DNA of 28,642 nucleotides from an uncultured Gammaproteobacteria bacterium (GTDB taxonomy: Bacteria; Pseudomonadota; Gammaproteobacteria; Tethybacterales; CBDBMS01), in the NCBI GenBank assembly GCA_964654265.1, contig CAZZIL010000360.1, forward strand, positions 1 through 28,642, written 5' to 3'. The notes under the pieces were generated by a model. The model did not search any database and was not told the DNA's origin. It saw only the letters and a program-made list of their open reading frames with translations. Shown here in pieces: positions 25,314 to 28,642 of the stretch; positions within the stretch are counted from its first letter, which is position 1; every line of letters starts with the position of its first letter. Position numbers and translations under genes: made by a program.

Positions 25314-25384
25314 CGGCCGGCCCGTCCCGCTCCGCTCGCGCCCATGGGGGTATTTTCGCCGAAAACCGGCGCCGGCGCGAAACT

Positions 25385-25393
25385 TGGTAGAAT
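25385..25393 (+). promoter_or_regulatory. extended -10 promoter (TGg-TAGAAT) of the tRNA Gly-Cys-Leu operon
   Basis: TGGTAGAAT 25 nt before tRNA-Gly. Confidence 0.6.
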
Positions 25394-25418
25394 CCGCCCG
25401 GGACACGCCTTGGGACGG

Positions 25419-25494
25419 GCGGGAATAGCTCAGTTGGTAGAGCGCAACCTTGCCAAGGTTGAGGTCGCGAGTTCGAGCCTCGTTTCCCGCTCCA
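25419..25494 (+). tRNA. tRNA-Gly(GCC)
   Basis: GCGGGAA...TTCCCGC-T-CCA; loop TTGCCAA; 76 nt. Confidence 0.97.
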
Positions 25495-25538
25495 GGCCCG
25501 GGGCCGGGGCGCGCGCCGGCGCGGCGGGCGCCGGCCCT

Positions 25539-25612
25539 GGCGGGATGGCAGAGTGGTCATGCAGCGGCCTGCAAAGCCGTGCACGCCGGTTCGATTCCGA
25601 CTCCCGCCTCCA
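25539..25612 (+). tRNA. tRNA-Cys(GCA)
   Basis: GGCGGGA...TCCCGCC-T-CCA; loop CTGCAAA; 74 nt. Confidence 0.95.
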
Positions 25613-25640
25613 GGACGAGCGGCGGCCGACGTTGAGCGGC

Positions 25641-25936
25641 GCGGATGTGGTGGAACGGTAGACACAGCAGACTTGAGCGAAAACTTGAGTGCCGCCCGGG
25701 AAACCGGGCGTGCAGAACCGCCCAAACTCGGGGAAAGCTGTGCCGAGAGGCTGCCAATCCCGAGCCAAGCCCGAGAGGGAAGGTGTAGAGACTAGACGGG
25801 CGGCGCCTACAGCCGGGCGTGTCCGGCCAGGGCGAAGGGATAGTCCAGGCCACAAACGAAAGGCGGCGAAAGCCGTGGTGGCACGAAAATCTGCTTGGCC
25901 GCGAGGCCAGTGCGGGTTCGACTCCCGCCATCCGCA
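25641..25936 (+). tRNA. leuZ: tRNA-Leu(TAA), interrupted by a group I intron (exons 25641-25674 and 25886-25936)
   Basis: Joined exons give acceptor stem GCGGATG/CATCCGC-A, anticodon stem GCAGA/TCTGC with loop CT-TAA-AA, long variable arm TGGCC-GCGA-GGCCA and T-loop TTCGACT. Occupies the leuZ position after tRNA-Gly and tRNA-Cys. Confidence 0.93.
25675..25885 (+). ncRNA. self-splicing group I intron (IC3-like, 211 nt, no ORF)
   Basis: P1 with U25674-G25687 wobble at the 5' splice site; P2 GCCCGG-GAAA-CCGGGC; P3 CCGCCC(25718)/GGGCGG(25798); P4 CTCGGG(25727)/CCCGAG(25759); P7 GACTA(25790)/TAGTC(25841); GAAA-capped P9; terminal G25885. Confidence 0.93.
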
Positions 25937-25968
25937 CCCCCCTTGCCGCGGGGGTAGAATCCCCCGCC

Positions 25969-26559
25969 ATGGGGACCGGGCCGATCCAGCCTGCGCACCG
26001 GCGGCGGCGCCGGTGGGGCGCGGCGTGCGCCGTCGCGCTGGCGGGCGCGCTGGCGCTGGCCGCGCAGGTCCACGGATCGAAGAACGAGCGTCGCGCCGGG
26101 ATGCTCCCTGAGTTCGCCTACCCGTACGCGGACCAGCGGGAACACTGGGTCAACTCGCCGCCGCTGAGCGTGAGGGACCTGCGCGGCCAGGTGGTCGTCA
26201 TCGAGTTCTGGACGTTCGGCTGCGTCAACTGCCGGCGGTCGATCCCGTGGGTCAAGTCGGTCGAGGAGAAGTTCGCCGGGCGGCCGTTCACGGTGGTCGG
26301 CATCCACACCCCCGAGTTCGATTACGAGAAGGACCGCGACGCCGTCGCCGCGGCGGTCGCCCGGCTCGGCATCACCCACCCTGTCATGCTCGACAACGAC
26401 TTCGTCTTCTGGAGGGACATGGGCACGCGCTACTGGCCGACGTTCCACATCGTGAACCCGCGGGGGCGGGTTGTGGCGACGGTGGTCGGCGAGGTCCACT
26501 CCGGGACGGAGCGCGCGGAGCGGATCGAGCGGCTGATCGCCGGGCTGCTCGGGGACTGA
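25969..26559 (+). CDS. exported or membrane-anchored thioredoxin-like redoxin (DipZ C-terminal / TlpA-like)
   Basis: WVNSPPL, VVVIEFWTFGCVNC (CxxC), VVGIHTPEF, RYWPT; N-terminal basic plus hydrophobic segment. ATG 25969. Confidence 0.88.
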   Translation: MGTGPIQPAHRRRRRWGAACAVALAGALALAAQVHGSKNERRAGMLPEFAYPYADQREHWVNSPPLSVRDLRGQVVVIEFWTFGCVNCRRSIPWVKSVEEKFAGRPFTVVGIHTPEFDYEKDRDAVAAAVARLGITHPVMLDNDFVFWRDMGTRYWPTFHIVNPRGRVVATVVGEVHSGTERAERIERLIAGLLGD

Positions 26560-26563
26560 CGGG

Positions 26564-27775
26564 GTGGCGGTGAACCTGCGGCCTCCGGGCCGCCTGCTAC
26601 CGGTCGGGGGGATCTCCCTGGGCGCGACCTGCGCCGGGATCCGCAAGCGGGACCGCGACGACCTGGCGGTGCTGTCAGTCGCGGCGGGCTCGTCGGTCGC
26701 CGGGGTGTTCACGCTCAACCGTTGCCCGGCGGCGCCGGTCCAGGTGTGCCGCCGGCACCTTCGCGCCGGCGCGGACATCCGCGCGCTCGTGGTGAACTCC
26801 GGGATTGCCAACGCCGGGACCGGTCCCCGGGGGGTCGCCAACGCCCTCGAGACCTGCGCGATCGCGGCGCGGCTGCTCGGCTGCAAGCGCGGCCAGGTGC
26901 TCCCGTTCTCGACCGGGGTGATCATCGAGCAGCTGCCGGTGGACCGGTTCGGCGAGGCGCTCGGCCGGTGCGTCTCGGACCTGGGCGCGCGCAACTGGCT
27001 GCGGGCGGCGCGGGCGATCATGACGACGGACACGGTGCCGAAGGGGGTCTCGAGGACCGTCCCCCTGCGGGACGGGAACGCGACCGTCACCGGGATCGCC
27101 AAGGGGTCGGGGATGATCCACCCGAACATGGCGACCATGCTGGCGTACCTGGCGACCGACGCGAACATCGCGCCGAAGCGCCTGGACGCCGTGCTGCGCG
27201 AGGCGGTGTCGTCGACGTTCAACACCATCTCGGTGGACAGCGACACGTCGACCAACGACTCGGTGGTCGCGGTCGCGACCGGGGCCGCGCTTGGGCGCCC
27301 CGCGCCCCCGGCGCGGGACCTGCGCCGCGTCGCCGACGCGATCGGCGAGGTCGCCGAGCGCCTGGCGCTCGCGATCGTGCGCGACGGCGAGGGCGCGACG
27401 AAGCTGATCACCGTGAACGTGCGCGGGCTGGACGCGGCGTCCTGCCGGAAGGTCGCCGACAGCATCGCGACGTCCCCGCTGGTCAAGACCGCGTTCTTCG
27501 CGAACGACGCCAACATCGGGCGGCTGCTGATGGCGATCGGCAAGGCCGACGCCCCGCTCAGGCAGCAGGACGTGCGCGCGACGATCAACGGCCTGCCGGC
27601 GATCCGCGGCGGCCAGGTGGACCCGGACTACGACGAGGGGAGGGTCACCCGGCAGATCCGCCGGCAGGAGATCACGCTGGACGTCACGGTCGGGCGCAAG
27701 GCGGGCAGCGCGCGCGTGAGGACCTGCGACCTGAGCGACGACTACGTCCGCGTCAACTGCCACTACCGGAGCTGA
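26564..27775 (+). CDS. argJ: bifunctional ornithine acetyltransferase / N-acetylglutamate synthase
   Basis: VVNSGIANAGTG, STGVIIE, AIMTTDT, KGSGMIHPNMATML (autoproteolysis Thr), DSDTSTND, DGEGATK, SPLVKTA, TCDLSDDYV. Confidence 0.96.
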   Translation: MAVNLRPPGRLLPVGGISLGATCAGIRKRDRDDLAVLSVAAGSSVAGVFTLNRCPAAPVQVCRRHLRAGADIRALVVNSGIANAGTGPRGVANALETCAIAARLLGCKRGQVLPFSTGVIIEQLPVDRFGEALGRCVSDLGARNWLRAARAIMTTDTVPKGVSRTVPLRDGNATVTGIAKGSGMIHPNMATMLAYLATDANIAPKRLDAVLREAVSSTFNTISVDSDTSTNDSVVAVATGAALGRPAPPARDLRRVADAIGEVAERLALAIVRDGEGATKLITVNVRGLDAASCRKVADSIATSPLVKTAFFANDANIGRLLMAIGKADAPLRQQDVRATINGLPAIRGGQVDPDYDEGRVTRQIRRQEITLDVTVGRKAGSARVRTCDLSDDYVRVNCHYRS

Positions 27776-27800
27776 GCGCGCCCGCGGCGCCCGCGCGCGA

Positions 27801-28642
27801 GTGAGGATCCGGGACCTCCTCCGGCGGCTGGAGCCGCTGCTCCCGTCCGACGGGAGCGAGCTCGACGGCGACGCGCGCGCGTTCACCTGGAGGCTGGGCC
27901 CCCTGGGCGGGACGCTCACCCCGGTGCGCGACATCGAGCCGGCGGACCCGGCCGACCTGCACGGGGTCGGGCCCATGCTGGAGGCCGTCCGAAGGAACAC
28001 CGCGTCGTTTGTCGCCGGCCGGCCGGCGAACCACGTGCTGCTCACCGGGCCGCGCGGCTGCGGCAAGTCCACGCTCGCGCGCGCCGTGCTCGGCGAGTTC
28101 CTCGGGAAGGGCCTGCGGGTGATCGCCACCGACCCGGAGGGGCTGTCGGCGCTGGGCGACATCGTGCGGCTGGTGCGCGGGCGCCCGGGGCGGCACATCG
28201 TCTTCTGCGACGACCTGTCGTTCGACCGGCACCGCCAGGCGTTCCGCGCGCTGAAGGTCGCGCTGGAGGGTGGGCTGACGGACGCCGCGCGCCACCTGCT
28301 CGTCTACGCGACGTCGAACCGCCGGCACCTGGTCCCCGAGCGCCTGGGCGAGAACCTCGAGGCGCGCGCCGACGCCGCGGGCGAGATCCACCCGGGGGAG
28401 ACGACCGAGGAGAAGATCGCCCTGTCCGACCGGTTCGGGCTGTGGGTGCCGATGTTCGCGCCCGACGAGGAGGAGTACGTCGCGATCGCCCGCCACTGGC
28501 TAGGGCGCCTGCGCGTCCCGTGGAGCGAGACGCTCCGCCAGGAGGCGCTGCTGTGGGCCATGGAGAAGGGGACCCGCAACGGGCGCACCGCGCACCAGTT
28601 CGCCGTCGAGAAGGCGCAGCAGCGCAAGGGGCGCCCGCCGCG
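27801..28642 (+). CDS. DUF815 family AAA+ ATP-binding protein, runs off the right edge
   Basis: Not in the ORF track; translated by hand from GTG 27801. RNTASFVAGRPANHVLLTGPRGCGKS, FCDDLSF, LKVALEGG, YATSNRRHL, EEKIALSDRFGLW, RNGRTAHQF. No stop codon before the end of the window. Confidence 0.9.
   Translation, partial: MRIRDLLRRLEPLLPSDGSELDGDARAFTWRLGPLGGTLTPVRDIEPADPADLHGVGPMLEAVRRNTASFVAGRPANHVLLTGPRGCGKSTLARAVLGEFLGKGLRVIATDPEGLSALGDIVRLVRGRPGRHIVFCDDLSFDRHRQAFRALKVALEGGLTDAARHLLVYATSNRRHLVPERLGENLEARADAAGEIHPGETTEEKIALSDRFGLWVPMFAPDEEEYVAIARHWLGRLRVPWSETLRQEALLWAMEKGTRNGRTAHQFAVEKAQQRKGRPP

Noticed and set aside
25539-25612. C-A mismatch in the tRNA-Cys T-stem; A38 in tRNA-Asp; missing encoded CCA in tRNA-Val and tRNA-Leu
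   Set aside because: Within normal tRNA variation; CCA can be added enzymatically.
25671-25680. Reading the third tRNA as an intact tRNA with a TGA anticodon, or as a pseudogene
   Set aside because: The anticodon stem only closes after removing 25675-25885, which gives a canonical tRNA-Leu(TAA).
25921-25968. tRNA-Leu 3' end as the attachment site of an integrated element
   Set aside because: No integrase, no duplicated tRNA 3' end, and downstream genes have backbone composition.

Overview
A very GC-rich bacterial chromosome window. Local gene order (argJ-DUF815 ATPase; hupB-tRNA-Val-tRNA-Asp-ppiD; fabI divergent from a family-5 solute-binding protein; tRNA Gly-Cys-Leu cluster) suggests a Betaproteobacteria-like lineage, which is inference only. 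Most of the window is housekeeping genes taken out of their usual operons (DUF368, leuC without leuD, murJ, azlCD, ispG, acyP, hemE, fabI, ppiD, hupB, rppH, rpiA, argJ), plus five tRNAs. Two things stand out. First, a lower-GC defence islet between ispG and acyP carries an IetA-like AAA+ ATPase, an IetS-like S8 subtilase and an orphan ThsB-like TIR gene with its own near-consensus promoter, but no ThsA and no integrase. Second, tRNA-Leu(UAA) is split by a compact 211-nt Azoarcus-type (IC3) group I intron whose pairings can be read directly from the sequence. The only in-frame TTA codons I found in the window are in the S8 protease gene. Two real genes run off the window edges and are missing from the ORF track: an AAA_21-type ATPase at the left and a DUF815 ATPase at the right. 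All calls come from manual motif reading; no database searches were run.
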